64,000 nucleotides of DNA from Candidatus Sabulitectum sp. (GCA_023139045.1 JAGLOJ010000012.1:9725-73724), one strand, 5' to 3'; counted from the stretch's first letter, positions 9,153 through 19,298 are shown. A program made the numbers and translations. The notes: generated by a model from the letters alone, not told the origin.

Positions 9153-10010
9153 ATGGTTACTTCAGTGATTGATGTCGCGGATATCTACTTTTCATACGGC
9201 AAAGTGGAAGCAGTGAGAGGTATTTCCTTTTCTATGGCCAGGGGGGAGATTCTGGGATTCCTCGGCCCCAACGGAGCGGGTAAATCCACCACAATCAAGA
9301 TGCTCACCGGTCAGCTTTCTCCCAGATCCGGTTCAGTGTCTATTCTGGGAAAGAATCTTGTCAGAGATGACCCTGAGATTCAGGGCAGGATTGGTGTGTG
9401 CTTCGAAGAAAAGAATCTGTACGTGAACATGTCTGCCAGAGAGAATCTGAGGTTTTTCGCAGGGCTTTTCGGAATTCGGAATTTTAATCCCGATCTTCTG
9501 CTCAAAAGGGTATCACTGATTGACAGAGCCGATGACCGGGTCAGCAGCTATTCAAAGGGAATGCGTCAGAGGCTGATGGTGGCCAGATCTATTGTGAATG
9601 ATCCCGAAGTGCTGTTTCTTGATGAGCCTACCGAGGGTCTGGATCCGGTATCAAGCAAGTCAATCAGAGAGCTTATTCTTGAACAGGCTCGGAAGGGCAC
9701 GGCAGTTCTACTCACAACACACGATATGTGGGAGGCAGATGAGCTTTCCGACAGGGTCGTGTTTCTCTGCGAGGGCAGAATTCATGCAATGGACACACCT
9801 GACGAACTCAAAATGAAGTACGGGCACCGGACTGTCAGAGTGAAACTCCGTGATGGTGAGACAGTTCGTCGGGAAATCATCTCCCTTGATTCCCCGGATG
9901 CAGGGGAGAAACTGAAACAGATAGTTGAGAATGAGGGATTGATGACAATTCACACAGAAGAGGCAAGCCTTGAGGACATCTTCATAAAGATCACCGGCAG
10001 GGGTCTCTGA
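9153..10010 (+). CDS. ABC transporter ATP-binding protein (ABC-2/drug-exporter type)
   Basis: Walker A GPNGAGKST, signature YSKGMRQRL, Walker B LFLDEPTEGLD. AAGGGAG RBS precedes ATG 9153; the ORF track's 8997 start has a non-protein-like N-terminus. Confidence 0.85.
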   Translation: MVTSVIDVADIYFSYGKVEAVRGISFSMARGEILGFLGPNGAGKSTTIKMLTGQLSPRSGSVSILGKNLVRDDPEIQGRIGVCFEEKNLYVNMSARENLRFFAGLFGIRNFNPDLLLKRVSLIDRADDRVSSYSKGMRQRLMVARSIVNDPEVLFLDEPTEGLDPVSSKSIRELILEQARKGTAVLLTTHDMWEADELSDRVVFLCEGRIHAMDTPDELKMKYGHRTVRVKLRDGETVRREIISLDSPDAGEKLKQIVENEGLMTIHTEEASLEDIFIKITGRGL

Positions 10011-10012
10011 AA

Positions 10013-11083
10013 GTGAAGAGGAAGCTCAATCTCTTCAGAGTGTTTCTGATAGTAAAGAAGGATTTGCGGGAGTTTTCCCGTGACCGACTCTGGATGATCC
10101 TTTCTCCGCTGTCTCTGCTGATGTTCGTGGGTCTTCTCCGACTGCTTCCGGAGAATCCGGTTGATATAATCTCGGTTGGTGTGTTCCCATCCTCTTATTC
10201 TGTTTTTGCCGGAGATTCTGATTTTTCCGGCGCGGAGATCATCGGGTTTGAGAGCCGGGACGCCCTTTCTGTCGCGGTACTTGAGGGTGATGAGCTTCTG
10301 TTTGGCGTGGCTCTGGCTGAGTCAGGTTCATCAGTTGAGCTGTTCCTTTCTTCTTCCGTTACACCGGCGCAGAACAGGGCGGCAGCAAGTGCGGTTCGTG
10401 AGTTGTGTTATGTAATTCAGGCCATGCAATCCGGGGAGAATCCCACTGACGGTCTGCCGGTGCGGATTCCCGAGTTTCGAGAGATGTTTTCCGGTACCGG
10501 AAGAGTGTCTCTGAAGGATAAACTCAAACCGATGCTGTTCGTGATCATTCTGCTGGTTGAATCACTGGCTCTGGCCGGTCTTATCTCGGTGGAAATAGAA
10601 CACCGAACTGCTTCAGCTCTGCTTGTTACCTCCGCAACAACACGGGATCTGCTGCTGGCCAAGATTCTTACAGGTGTTCTGCTCGCAGTGACACAGGTTT
10701 TTCTGTTTCTTGCTTTTACAGGTATTTTCTCTTCAGGCTGGCTTCCCCTGGTAGTGACAGCATTGCTCGGAGCCTGGATGGCCTCATCTGTGGGGATGAT
10801 ATCAGGCGCCGCCGGACGGGATTTCATGGGTACCCTTTTTCTTGGAATGGTATTTGTTGTTCCCCTCATTATACCTGCATTTGCTCTGCTTTTCTCCGGG
10901 AGTCCCGGTGGACTGCTCAAACTGATCCCGTCATACGGACTTGTGATGTCGGTTTCTGATGTGATCGGGAAAGGAAGCGGTCTCGCTGATGTTGCTCCCT
11001 ACCTTTTTCAATTGCTTATCTGGAACAGCATTCTTGCCCTTATCGGGCTGTTTGTGCTGAAGAGGAAGGTGGAAGCACTGTGA
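10013..11083 (+). CDS. ABC-2 family transporter permease
   Basis: 356 aa with an N-terminal TM helix, a long periplasmic loop and 5 C-terminal TM helices, which is ABC-2 topology. It follows the ATPase by 2 nt. Confidence 0.75.
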   Translation: MKRKLNLFRVFLIVKKDLREFSRDRLWMILSPLSLLMFVGLLRLLPENPVDIISVGVFPSSYSVFAGDSDFSGAEIIGFESRDALSVAVLEGDELLFGVALAESGSSVELFLSSSVTPAQNRAAASAVRELCYVIQAMQSGENPTDGLPVRIPEFREMFSGTGRVSLKDKLKPMLFVIILLVESLALAGLISVEIEHRTASALLVTSATTRDLLLAKILTGVLLAVTQVFLFLAFTGIFSSGWLPLVVTALLGAWMASSVGMISGAAGRDFMGTLFLGMVFVVPLIIPAFALLFSGSPGGLLKLIPSYGLVMSVSDVIGKGSGLADVAPYLFQLLIWNSILALIGLFVLKRKVEAL

Positions 11084-12144
11084 GTTTTAACAGGGTACTG
11101 CTGCTGATGGGAAAAGATTTGAGGGCCTGTCCCCGATCTCCAGTTATCCTCTGGCTGCTGGTCATGCCTCTGGTGATTACTTTCTTTCTTCAAGTGGTGT
11201 TCGCCACCCTTTTTGAATCTGAACCGGTGCTGGGGATCAACTCTCCTTCCCGGTCGGTTATCCTCAGCAATCTTTCCTCTCTGGAGGGCCTTGAGGTAAT
11301 CTCCGCTGAGGAAACGGAGCTTCTTGAAATGCTTGATAACGGAGATGTGGATGCCGGTCTTTTTCTTTCTGATTCATTTGAAGATTCTGTACGGTCGGAT
11401 GGCAGGCCGGTGCTTCGATACTTCTCTTCCGCAAAGGGTTCACCGGCTAATTCCGCCGTTCTTCTTCTTCTTGTAATGGATGAACTGAGAACTCTCGAGA
11501 ATCGGCAGAACCTCTTTTCTGTTGCTGTGATCGCGCCTGACCGGGGAGACGAACTGCCCCTTTCAGAAAGAATGGTACCTTCGATGATTCTGGTGGTGAT
11601 GATAGTCAGCGGGATTTTTACACCGGCTTTCATGCTGGTGGAAGAGACGGAAAAAGGCACCCTTCTGGCAGTTCTTGCAACTCCTGTTGCTCTGGGCGAG
11701 GTTCTTCTGTCAAAAGCTCTGGTGGGCTTCTGCCTTGCGATGCCGATAACTCTTTTCACACTTGTACTCAATGGTGTTACAGGATTTGATCTGACTGCCC
11801 TTCTTGTCTGTTTCGCGGTGGGTACTGCGGTCTGCAACTGTATCGGGTTGATCTACGGTACACTGGCCAGGAATTCGAAATCTCTCTACACGATGGTGAA
11901 AAGTCTCAACATCATCCTGGCAGCACCGGTTATGTTCTATCTCTTTCCCGGCTGGCCATGCTGGGTGGCGAAGCTGTTCCCGACATACTGGTTCATGGAT
12001 CCTGTTTACAGAGTAACAATGCATAATGCCACTCTTCCGGATGTTCTTGGTGATCTGAGCGTTGCAGTGGTGACGGCGATTCTTCTGGCACTTGCCGCTG
12101 CTTCTCTGGGAAGGAGAATGCAGAACCGTCTGGCCGGAATGTAA
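11080..12144 (+). CDS. ABC-2 family transporter permease (second subunit)
   Basis: Same architecture as the preceding permease; 4-nt overlap. Confidence 0.75.
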   Translation: MSFNRVLLLMGKDLRACPRSPVILWLLVMPLVITFFLQVVFATLFESEPVLGINSPSRSVILSNLSSLEGLEVISAEETELLEMLDNGDVDAGLFLSDSFEDSVRSDGRPVLRYFSSAKGSPANSAVLLLLVMDELRTLENRQNLFSVAVIAPDRGDELPLSERMVPSMILVVMIVSGIFTPAFMLVEETEKGTLLAVLATPVALGEVLLSKALVGFCLAMPITLFTLVLNGVTGFDLTALLVCFAVGTAVCNCIGLIYGTLARNSKSLYTMVKSLNIILAAPVMFYLFPGWPCWVAKLFPTYWFMDPVYRVTMHNATLPDVLGDLSVAVVTAILLALAAASLGRRMQNRLAGM

Positions 12145-12145
12145 T

Positions 12146-12652
12146 TCAGTTGATGGAGACTGCTTCGCTCTGGATCCATCCCTGAATATCAAGATTTTCC
12201 GGACTGTCGCTCAAATCGACTTTGAACCAGGTTGCAGTTATGCCGAGGATGGCAGCGGCAGAATTGGCAGGAATGACTGCCAGTGGCGTTGAAGCAGTGT
12301 CCTGATCCGGGTACACCGGAGTATCCGTCTGCATCATTGCATAGGAAACATCCAGGACGGGTGCCCACACCACAGGAAGTGAATCTGCAGAGGCTGTGAT
12401 GCCGTCAGGTGCCAGCCATCTGTATCTGAAACTGCATGTGTTGGCGGCTTGCGCAACGCCGGGGTCGAAGCCAAACCACCCTGATGCTGTTTTTACTTCC
12501 AGTGTGACATTTTCGTCGGGCAGAAGCTGTGACCAGATTTCAGAACGGGAATCGGGTCTTGAGTAGATATTCAGTGTATCCTGCGGTGTGAATGTAATAG
12601 CGGCTGCTGTGGCTGCCATTGCTGAAACCATCCATATGTACTGCAGTCTCAT
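12146..12652 (-). CDS. secreted hypothetical protein, possibly tandem SH3b-like domains
   Basis: AAGGAGG RBS 6 nt upstream of ATG 12652. Signal peptide MRLQYIWMVSAMAATAAA. W/G-rich beta motifs (GWIQSEAV). Confidence 0.55.
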   Translation of the reverse strand: MRLQYIWMVSAMAATAAAITFTPQDTLNIYSRPDSRSEIWSQLLPDENVTLEVKTASGWFGFDPGVAQAANTCSFRYRWLAPDGITASADSLPVVWAPVLDVSYAMMQTDTPVYPDQDTASTPLAVIPANSAAAILGITATWFKVDLSDSPENLDIQGWIQSEAVSIN

Positions 12653-12892
12653 GAGAACCTCCTTTATTTTAAGTTCCGTGGTATGCAAGTAATGTAATTC
12701 ATATTTTCCGGGATGGCAAAGAAGCCTCCGACCTGAATATGGCAGAAATATCCTGATTTCGTCGGAATTGCAACTCGGCTTCTGTGGGAAAGTGTTTTCC
12801 GGAAAAGCCATGGGAATCTGCCTTTGACCTGAGCGGAAAAATTAGCGATTATTGCGGAAGATGAACCCATCCCTGGAGAGAAGGGGAGAGCA

Positions 12893-13510
12893 GTTGAGGG
12901 TTGCATTGGTGTATCCCAGGTACAGCATGAACCGTCACACGCTTTGTTTTTCTATGCTCTGGCGTATGTTGCAGTTGTAACGGTAGATGCAGGTCATGAT
13001 GTTGCTGTGGTTGATATGGGATATGGAAGGGGATGTTCTTTCAACTGTGTTTACTGCTACAGAATATTCGGCAGGAAAGTTGGACGAAGGTCACCGGAGT
13101 CAATTGTATTGTAGCGGAACTTGAGGAACTGGTAAGGCGTTTTAATATACAATATACTGGTTTTCCCGATGATCCGTTCACGCTGAGGGGGATTGTTTTG
13201 GAGATCTGTGCTTTGATGAGAGAGCCCACCCCCGGGATCAAGTGGCTCTGCCGCAGAAGGGTTAACACCCTCGACAGGGAGATGCTTGAGACGATGAAGG
13301 ATGTGACTGGATTTCCTACGGTATTGAGTAGGGTTGTGACATCATGCTGGACAGGATGAAACGGGGGGTAACAACCCGGCACTGCCTGAACACGCTGAAA
13401 CTTACTGAGTCTGTTGGAATACCTGCAGAAGGAAATTTTGTGACAGGTATGTCTGACGAGACCGGGCACAGGGAACTGTTGGAAGAAGCTATCTTTGGAG
13501 AAACCCCCTG
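12893..13510 (+). pseudogene. frameshifted, internally deleted paralog of the downstream B12-binding radical SAM gene
   Basis: Three frames carry colinear pieces: RVALVYPRY; ...VAVVDMGYGRGCSFNCVYC (CxxxCxxC); IFGRKVGRRSPESIV-AELEELVRRF...IKWLCRRRVNTLDREMLETM...; ...FVTGMSDETGHRELLEEAIF. Each aligns with the rSAM gene at 14910-16304. Confidence 0.55.
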
Positions 13511-13623
13511 ATAAGAATCCCGGCTCTTGTGTGTAAACACTTTAAACTGAGGGGCTTTGAAGGGCTGTTTAACGACTGTAGAACCTGCCTGGCATCCTTT
13601 TTTGGCGGGAGAAAGAACTGAAT

Positions 13624-14931
13624 ATGACCGTAAATTCTGTTTGTAATGTGAACAGGTACCTGGCACCTCTGCTTCCCCGGGCAATTCCCGTAATCTTTGC
13701 TGTGGTTCTTCTTCCCCGGATACTTCTATTCTTTTATCTTGGTGGAGAACTTCCGCAACCGGTGAGAGATCAGGCTTTGTACATTCATACAGCTGGCCAG
13801 ATCGCTACCGGTGAAGGTTTTTCATTCTCTGAGGATCTGGGGCTGATGAAGAATCTCAGGAATACAGATGATAGTCTTCAGCAGCATTGGACCGGAAGTG
13901 CAGGCTACATGTTCGGTCTTGCTCCTGTGGATACCCCGACTGCTGTGATGGAACCGGGTTATCCCGTGCTGCTTGCGTTGTTTTTCTCCCTGTTCGGTGC
14001 GGTAAGTGGATCGGTGTTTTCTCTCAACCTTCTTTTTGCTCTCGGGGGTGCTTTTGCTGTTAGAAAACTGGTCATGGATGTATGGGGAGCAGAGTCAGGT
14101 CTGATGGCAGCTGTTCTCTGGTCTCTGTATCCGCCTTATGTGTACTACACCGCCTATGCAATGACAGAAACTGCTCATTTTGCCCTGCTGATCATATCTT
14201 CCATGCTGGTTCTTTCCGCCGGCAGAGGAACCGGGAAGGGATTTACAGCCGGACTGACCACAGGTGTTTTCTTCCTGATTCGGGCCACCGCTTTGTTTCT
14301 TATTCCACTTCAACTTGCTTACCTCGCCTGGAGAAAGCAATGGAAAGCTCTGCTTTTTCTTTCTGCGGGATTTCTTGTTGCGGTGTCTCCCTGGGTTGTG
14401 CGAAACTGGATATCACTGGGCGAACCGGTGCTGATGCCAACAAAGGGGGCACTCAACATGTGGATGAGAAACAATCCTGAAGTACTTGCATTGGAGGGCA
14501 TCTTTGTACCCGCTGATATTCCAGTGAATAATCTTTCCATGCTGGAGTACCCATCCACCGATTCCATTCAGGGAGAGCTTGCAAGAAGCAGGGCACTGGG
14601 AATTTCAGCCAGAACCTATATCCTGAGTAATCCCCGGCTCATGGCCTGGCTTGCCTGGAATCGGGCAATCGCCTTTCTGGCTCCGGGAGGCAGCACCCTG
14701 GGTGCCCGGGGAATGCTTGCCGGTCTTCTCATTTATCCATTAATACTGTTCGGAGTGGTCGGTTTGTGGCGTAATCGATCTCATCCGGAAGCAGCATTCC
14801 TCTTTGCTCTCTTTGTTTTGTATCTTCTGGTTCACGCTATGGCGCACGGAGGGGTTCGGTATCGGTTGCCGGTAGATGCTGTATTTATCATCGGGGTTGC
14901 GCTGGGAACTTGCTGCAGGAAGGGGAAATAG
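13624..14931 (+). CDS. GT-C fold glycosyltransferase, family 39/83 (PMT/ArnT-like, polyprenyl-phosphate-sugar dependent)
   Basis: 435 aa, about 11 TM helices, with the N-terminal loop and YPPxxYY-type motifs of ArnT/PMT-family enzymes. Confidence 0.75.
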   Translation: MTVNSVCNVNRYLAPLLPRAIPVIFAVVLLPRILLFFYLGGELPQPVRDQALYIHTAGQIATGEGFSFSEDLGLMKNLRNTDDSLQQHWTGSAGYMFGLAPVDTPTAVMEPGYPVLLALFFSLFGAVSGSVFSLNLLFALGGAFAVRKLVMDVWGAESGLMAAVLWSLYPPYVYYTAYAMTETAHFALLIISSMLVLSAGRGTGKGFTAGLTTGVFFLIRATALFLIPLQLAYLAWRKQWKALLFLSAGFLVAVSPWVVRNWISLGEPVLMPTKGALNMWMRNNPEVLALEGIFVPADIPVNNLSMLEYPSTDSIQGELARSRALGISARTYILSNPRLMAWLAWNRAIAFLAPGGSTLGARGMLAGLLIYPLILFGVVGLWRNRSHPEAAFLFALFVLYLLVHAMAHGGVRYRLPVDAVFIIGVALGTCCRKGK

Positions 14932-16304
14932 TGAACAGGCTGAAACGAATTCTTTTCGTTTTTCCAGAGACCAGGTATCCGTCGGGGCAGCCGCCTCTGG
15001 GGATAGCCATGCTCTCTGCAGTAGCTTCACTGTGTGGTGCAGAGACTGTTCTCTGCGACATGTCCTTCCAGAAAAAGCCATTTGAGCATCTGAGTCATTT
15101 GCTGAAGGAATTCAAGCCGGACGCTGTTTCCATTACTGTGGTTACTCCCCAGATCAGAGCGACTCTTACTGCCTGCGAGGTTATCCGGGAACATGCTCCC
15201 GAGGCATACCTTATGATCGGTGGCCCGCATGCCACGGTGCTTCCGATAGAGACTCTTGAAACTTCAGGTGCAGATCTTGTTTATTCCGGAGAGGGCGAGA
15301 TAGCATTCAAACTGCTTGTTGAGGGAACAGACCCCGGGGAGATTCCCGGTGCCTGTTTTATGAAAGACGGGAAGGCGATTCTTGTTCCCGGCAAGTTGCT
15401 GGTGGAAAACCTGGATACTCTTCCTATGCCGGACAGAGACATTTTTGATATGAAAAAGTACTTCAGTACTTGGTATTCCATGGACAGAGTAGATCCCGGC
15501 TTGAAAGGCACCACGATTATGGGTACTCGTGGATGCCCTTACACCTGCACCTTCTGCCAGCCGACCCTCTCTGAGATATTTGGCAAAAAGACCCGCAAGC
15601 GTTCTCCGGAATCAGTAGTGAAGGAACTGAAACACCTTGTGGAGAAGTTTTCCATCAACGGTTTCATGTTTGAAGATTCCACCTTCATTGTTGACCATAA
15701 GTGGGTTACCGATATCTGTTCACTGATGAACAGCGAGGGTTTGAAGCTCAAGTGGTGCTGTAATGTCAGGGCCGATCTTCTTACGGAAGAGCTTCTTGAC
15801 ACCATGGCAGGTGCCGGTCTTTCCAAGGTAAATATGGGGGTTGAATCTGCCTCACAGAGAGTTCTCGACGACATATACAGAAAGGGAATCACAGTGGAGG
15901 GCGTAAGAAGAGCTCTCCGGATGTGCCTCTCCCGGGGAATTTTCGTTCAGGGTTACTTTATGCTCGGTGCGCCGGGAGAAACTGTTGAGGAAATGAAGCA
16001 GACAATTGACTTTGCCGCAAGAGAACCATTTGATGATGCTCTTTTCGATATTACCACACCATTCCCTCACACAGAGCTCTGGGAGATGTCAAAGGAATTA
16101 ATAAATGAAGATTACTCTGAATTCGATTGTTTCCACAAGAGTGTATACACTTTTGACGGAATTACTTCTGAGCAGATAGAAAAATTGAAGAGAAATGCCT
16201 TCTGGAAATTTTATGCCCACCCGGCCAGAATACTGAGGACAGTGCGCACGGTTCTGGGGCCCAGGAACTTTAAGCGAACCATGCTGAAGGTGAGGAGAGT
16301 ATGA
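14910..16304 (+). CDS. B12-binding domain radical SAM enzyme (HpnJ-like class B rSAM)
   Basis: N-terminal Rossmann-like B12-binding region (ILFVFPE..., EAYLMIGGPHAT) followed by GTRGCPYTCTFC (CxxxCxxC). Alternative start GTG 14932 sits right after the upstream stop with an AAGGGG RBS. Confidence 0.85.
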   Translation: MLQEGEIVNRLKRILFVFPETRYPSGQPPLGIAMLSAVASLCGAETVLCDMSFQKKPFEHLSHLLKEFKPDAVSITVVTPQIRATLTACEVIREHAPEAYLMIGGPHATVLPIETLETSGADLVYSGEGEIAFKLLVEGTDPGEIPGACFMKDGKAILVPGKLLVENLDTLPMPDRDIFDMKKYFSTWYSMDRVDPGLKGTTIMGTRGCPYTCTFCQPTLSEIFGKKTRKRSPESVVKELKHLVEKFSINGFMFEDSTFIVDHKWVTDICSLMNSEGLKLKWCCNVRADLLTEELLDTMAGAGLSKVNMGVESASQRVLDDIYRKGITVEGVRRALRMCLSRGIFVQGYFMLGAPGETVEEMKQTIDFAAREPFDDALFDITTPFPHTELWEMSKELINEDYSEFDCFHKSVYTFDGITSEQIEKLKRNAFWKFYAHPARILRTVRTVLGPRNFKRTMLKVRRV

Positions 16305-17032
16305 GAGAAATTACCGTTACAATTGATGATGGAGGTATGCACCCCGCGGTAAATGCTGCAATTCAGAAGTGTATTGATTCAGAGAATGTGAACAGAGTAA
16401 GCATAATGGCAACCGGCAGCAATTTTGCAGAAGCCAGTATGATGGCCATGATGAACGGTGTTCGTGTTGCAGCACATCTGGATTGCTGTCAGGGACCCTT
16501 TCTGTTGAAAGGGAGCGATTTTCCTGAGTCGTTTTCAGTCTGGCTTAAATCTGCAGATTCACTGGCGGATTCTGTTCAGAAAGAATGGTCGGCTCAGATA
16601 GAGATGATCCTCTCCACCGGAGGAGTTGTTACTGCCCTGGACAGTCATCGCCATCTGCACAACCTGCCGGCCTTGCAGAAAGTTATTATTTCTGTTGCAA
16701 AAGAATACGGTATAAGAACAGTAAGATCCGCAGTACTGCCGGACAAGCTTATGAGATTTCCTGCAGGACTCAAGTTGAACTCTCTGGGTTGTGAATTAAA
16801 GACCAACCTTGAGTCTGAAGGACTTGTAACAACTGATAGAATGCTGGGGTTCGGCCGGGCCGGGAAGATCAATCGGAAATATTTAAGCAAGTTCACTTCT
16901 CTGTGCAGCGATGGTACAACTGAAATTGTGATGCACCCTGCCACCGAAAATGTCTGGTCTTCTGGTCAACCTGGAGAGCTTGAGTTGATCACCTCTGAAT
17001 GGTTCGGTGACTGGTGCAGAGGAAAACGCTAG
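16301..17032 (+). CDS. YdjC-family carbohydrate deacetylase (ChbG/HpnK-like)
   Basis: ITVTIDDGGMHPAVNAAI N-terminus; the LDSHRHLHNLP motif matches the YdjC HLDSHxHxH signature. 4-nt overlap with the rSAM gene. Confidence 0.8.
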   Translation: MREITVTIDDGGMHPAVNAAIQKCIDSENVNRVSIMATGSNFAEASMMAMMNGVRVAAHLDCCQGPFLLKGSDFPESFSVWLKSADSLADSVQKEWSAQIEMILSTGGVVTALDSHRHLHNLPALQKVIISVAKEYGIRTVRSAVLPDKLMRFPAGLKLNSLGCELKTNLESEGLVTTDRMLGFGRAGKINRKYLSKFTSLCSDGTTEIVMHPATENVWSSGQPGELELITSEWFGDWCRGKR

Positions 17033-18357
17033 AGTTATACGTTATCCTGCTGGCTCTGCTGGCAAGGCTTACCGTTTTTTTTCTTGCTGCCGGAGGTTTT
17101 TTCCTGGTGGGCGAGGGGCAGGTTCAGGCGAACATTGCTGAGAACATTCTTTCCGGCAGAGGATTCATGCTTTCAGAATCCATGTTCCACGACCCTGATC
17201 CCAGACGCGACTCAAGCCTTGAGTTTTTCAGGGAAACCGGTGGACTCTACGGAGTATTGATTCCAGAGCAGCCAAGTACCTTTTTTGTTCCAGGCTACCC
17301 TCTTTTCCAGGCCTTCATTTTTATGGTTACTTCTCCGGGAAACCTTCTTGCGGTTATCGGCGTTCAGCTTGCTCTGGGGCTACTTACGGTTTTTCTTGGA
17401 ATGCGTCTTGCTTTCCGATTTCTCTCCGGGCGGTGGTATATCGCTGCAGGAATATTTATGGCTCTTGATCCATTTGAGCTCTATTACCAGGCAATTCCAG
17501 CAACGCAGGCACTTTTCTCACTGCTGTTCATCGCAGGATTGCTTCTATCTTTACGCTTTCTTGAGAAACCGGATCTGCCCAGGGGCGTCTGGGCGGGTCT
17601 TCTGTGGGGAGTTGCATTTCTTGTCCGACCGGTTGCGCTTCCAATGATTGTATGGCTTGCCGTTTCAGCCCTCATTGCATGGAAATTCTCTAAAAAAATA
17701 ATACCGGCTCTTCTGCTTATGGTGGTTGTTTTTGGAGCCATTTTAATGCCGTGGGTGGTTCGAAACAGAAACACAATGGGCCGTTACCAGCTTCTTCCGT
17801 TACAGGGAGGAGCCCAGATGTGGGAATTCAATGGAAGAATATTTACCGATCTATTTCTGAATGACACAGAGGGTGCAAAGCTGCTTTACGAACCGGTGCG
17901 CAATACATGGTTGTCCCGTTTGAACAATGCCGAGCTTGCTGAATTTCCAGAATTTACCACGGAATCAGAATTTGAGAGGGATAGTGTTCTATACCACCGT
18001 CAGAGTAAGTTCATTAAATCAAATCCCGGTGTTTTTCTACACCTTTCCGCATGCAGATTCGTTGAGTTTATTAAGCCGTTTCCGCTGAACCGGTTTTCAC
18101 CTGTGCATACTCTGGTTGGACTGGTCTCCTTTTTCTGGGTTGGTATTTTCTTTTTCGGTGGTGCGCTTCTCATGCTGCGCAGGGGGTGGTCCGGTGTGTT
18201 TGTGGCTGGTGTGATTGCTGGATATATACTTATGCATCTGCTCACAGCCTCTGGAACACCTCACAGAGTTGCTCTTGATATTCCCCTGGTTATAGCATCG
18301 CTGATTGCAGTGAAGCATTCCTCTGAAAGATTCAGAGCCGGAAAAATATCTTCATGA
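17014..18357 (+). CDS. GT-C fold glycosyltransferase, family 39 (PMT/ArnT-like), second copy
   Basis: 447 aa polytopic membrane protein with the same fold signature as 13624-14931. Confidence 0.75.
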   Translation: MQRKTLELYVILLALLARLTVFFLAAGGFFLVGEGQVQANIAENILSGRGFMLSESMFHDPDPRRDSSLEFFRETGGLYGVLIPEQPSTFFVPGYPLFQAFIFMVTSPGNLLAVIGVQLALGLLTVFLGMRLAFRFLSGRWYIAAGIFMALDPFELYYQAIPATQALFSLLFIAGLLLSLRFLEKPDLPRGVWAGLLWGVAFLVRPVALPMIVWLAVSALIAWKFSKKIIPALLLMVVVFGAILMPWVVRNRNTMGRYQLLPLQGGAQMWEFNGRIFTDLFLNDTEGAKLLYEPVRNTWLSRLNNAELAEFPEFTTESEFERDSVLYHRQSKFIKSNPGVFLHLSACRFVEFIKPFPLNRFSPVHTLVGLVSFFWVGIFFFGGALLMLRRGWSGVFVAGVIAGYILMHLLTASGTPHRVALDIPLVIASLIAVKHSSERFRAGKISS

Positions 18358-19298
18358 AAATCCTGGTGGTCAAGACGCATGCCTTCGGAGACTCACTTCT
18401 TGCCACGCCTGCTGTGGCTGGTCTGATTGCAGCCGGGGACAGGGTCACAGTTCTTACAGGGCCTTCTTCGCTGCCGGTGTGGAAGCGCATGTCTGGAATT
18501 GAGGGGCTTGTTCAGTCACCTGCGCCCTGCTCCGCAGCTAAACTTCTGTGGTGGTCGCTCTTGAACATGCAGAGAGGTTTTGACAGAGTTATTCATCTTG
18601 GTTCTTCGGCAGGAGCTTTTCGGTGGCTTGGGTTTCTCACGGGAAAGAAGGCACTCAGCGGAGGTGATCGGAAAATCGGTTTTGGCATAGTCAGACCTGC
18701 TGCTCGGGATTATTGCAGAATCGCCGGGGTTCAGTGTTCATCCCTGAAACCGATCTTTCCCGTTGCTCGATCCGAATTTGATGCAGCCCGGCGACATACC
18801 GGCAGTGAACCTTATGTAGTACTTGCCCCCGGAGGAGCCAGGAATGTGCGGGATTTTGTGCCGTTGAAACGATGGCCCATGTCCCGGTGGGCAGAGGTGT
18901 CTCTTTACCTTCAGGCAGAGGGTTGCAGAGTGTTTCTGGTGGGTGGGGAACAGGACAAAGAGGAGATATCTTCTGTGACCGGGATCAATCTGGCTGGAAG
19001 ACTCTCCTGGGGTGAAACTGCTGCACTTGTTTCCGGAGCATCTCTGTTTTCAGGAAATGACAGCGGCCCCGCTCACCTTGCAGTTGCGGGGGATACTCCG
19101 GCACTTGTTCTATTCGGTCCGACAGATCCCGACTCCCTCTATGAGAAAGGCAGTATTGTTCCTGTTTGTGGAACTGTGTCATGTTCACCATGCTATGCAA
19201 ACAGTGTCTTTCCCGGTTGTACCGGAGACGAAGACTGTATGATTTCAATCGACACTGAAAGGGTGATTCATGCCCTTGAGGAGATGCTTCAAAGATGA
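18354..19298 (+). CDS. glycosyltransferase family 9 (heptosyltransferase-like, WaaC/WaaF fold)
   Basis: MKILVVKTHAFGDSLLATPAV N-terminus and GNDSGPAHLAVAGDTPALVLFGPTDP C-terminal motif are typical GT9. Confidence 0.8.
   Translation: MKILVVKTHAFGDSLLATPAVAGLIAAGDRVTVLTGPSSLPVWKRMSGIEGLVQSPAPCSAAKLLWWSLLNMQRGFDRVIHLGSSAGAFRWLGFLTGKKALSGGDRKIGFGIVRPAARDYCRIAGVQCSSLKPIFPVARSEFDAARRHTGSEPYVVLAPGGARNVRDFVPLKRWPMSRWAEVSLYLQAEGCRVFLVGGEQDKEEISSVTGINLAGRLSWGETAALVSGASLFSGNDSGPAHLAVAGDTPALVLFGPTDPDSLYEKGSIVPVCGTVSCSPCYANSVFPGCTGDEDCMISIDTERVIHALEEMLQR

Noticed and set aside
13575-13600. TGGCAT...TTGGC resembling a sigma54 -24/-12 promoter upstream of the operon
   Set aside because: Spacing between the GG and GC elements is 2 nt too long for the consensus.
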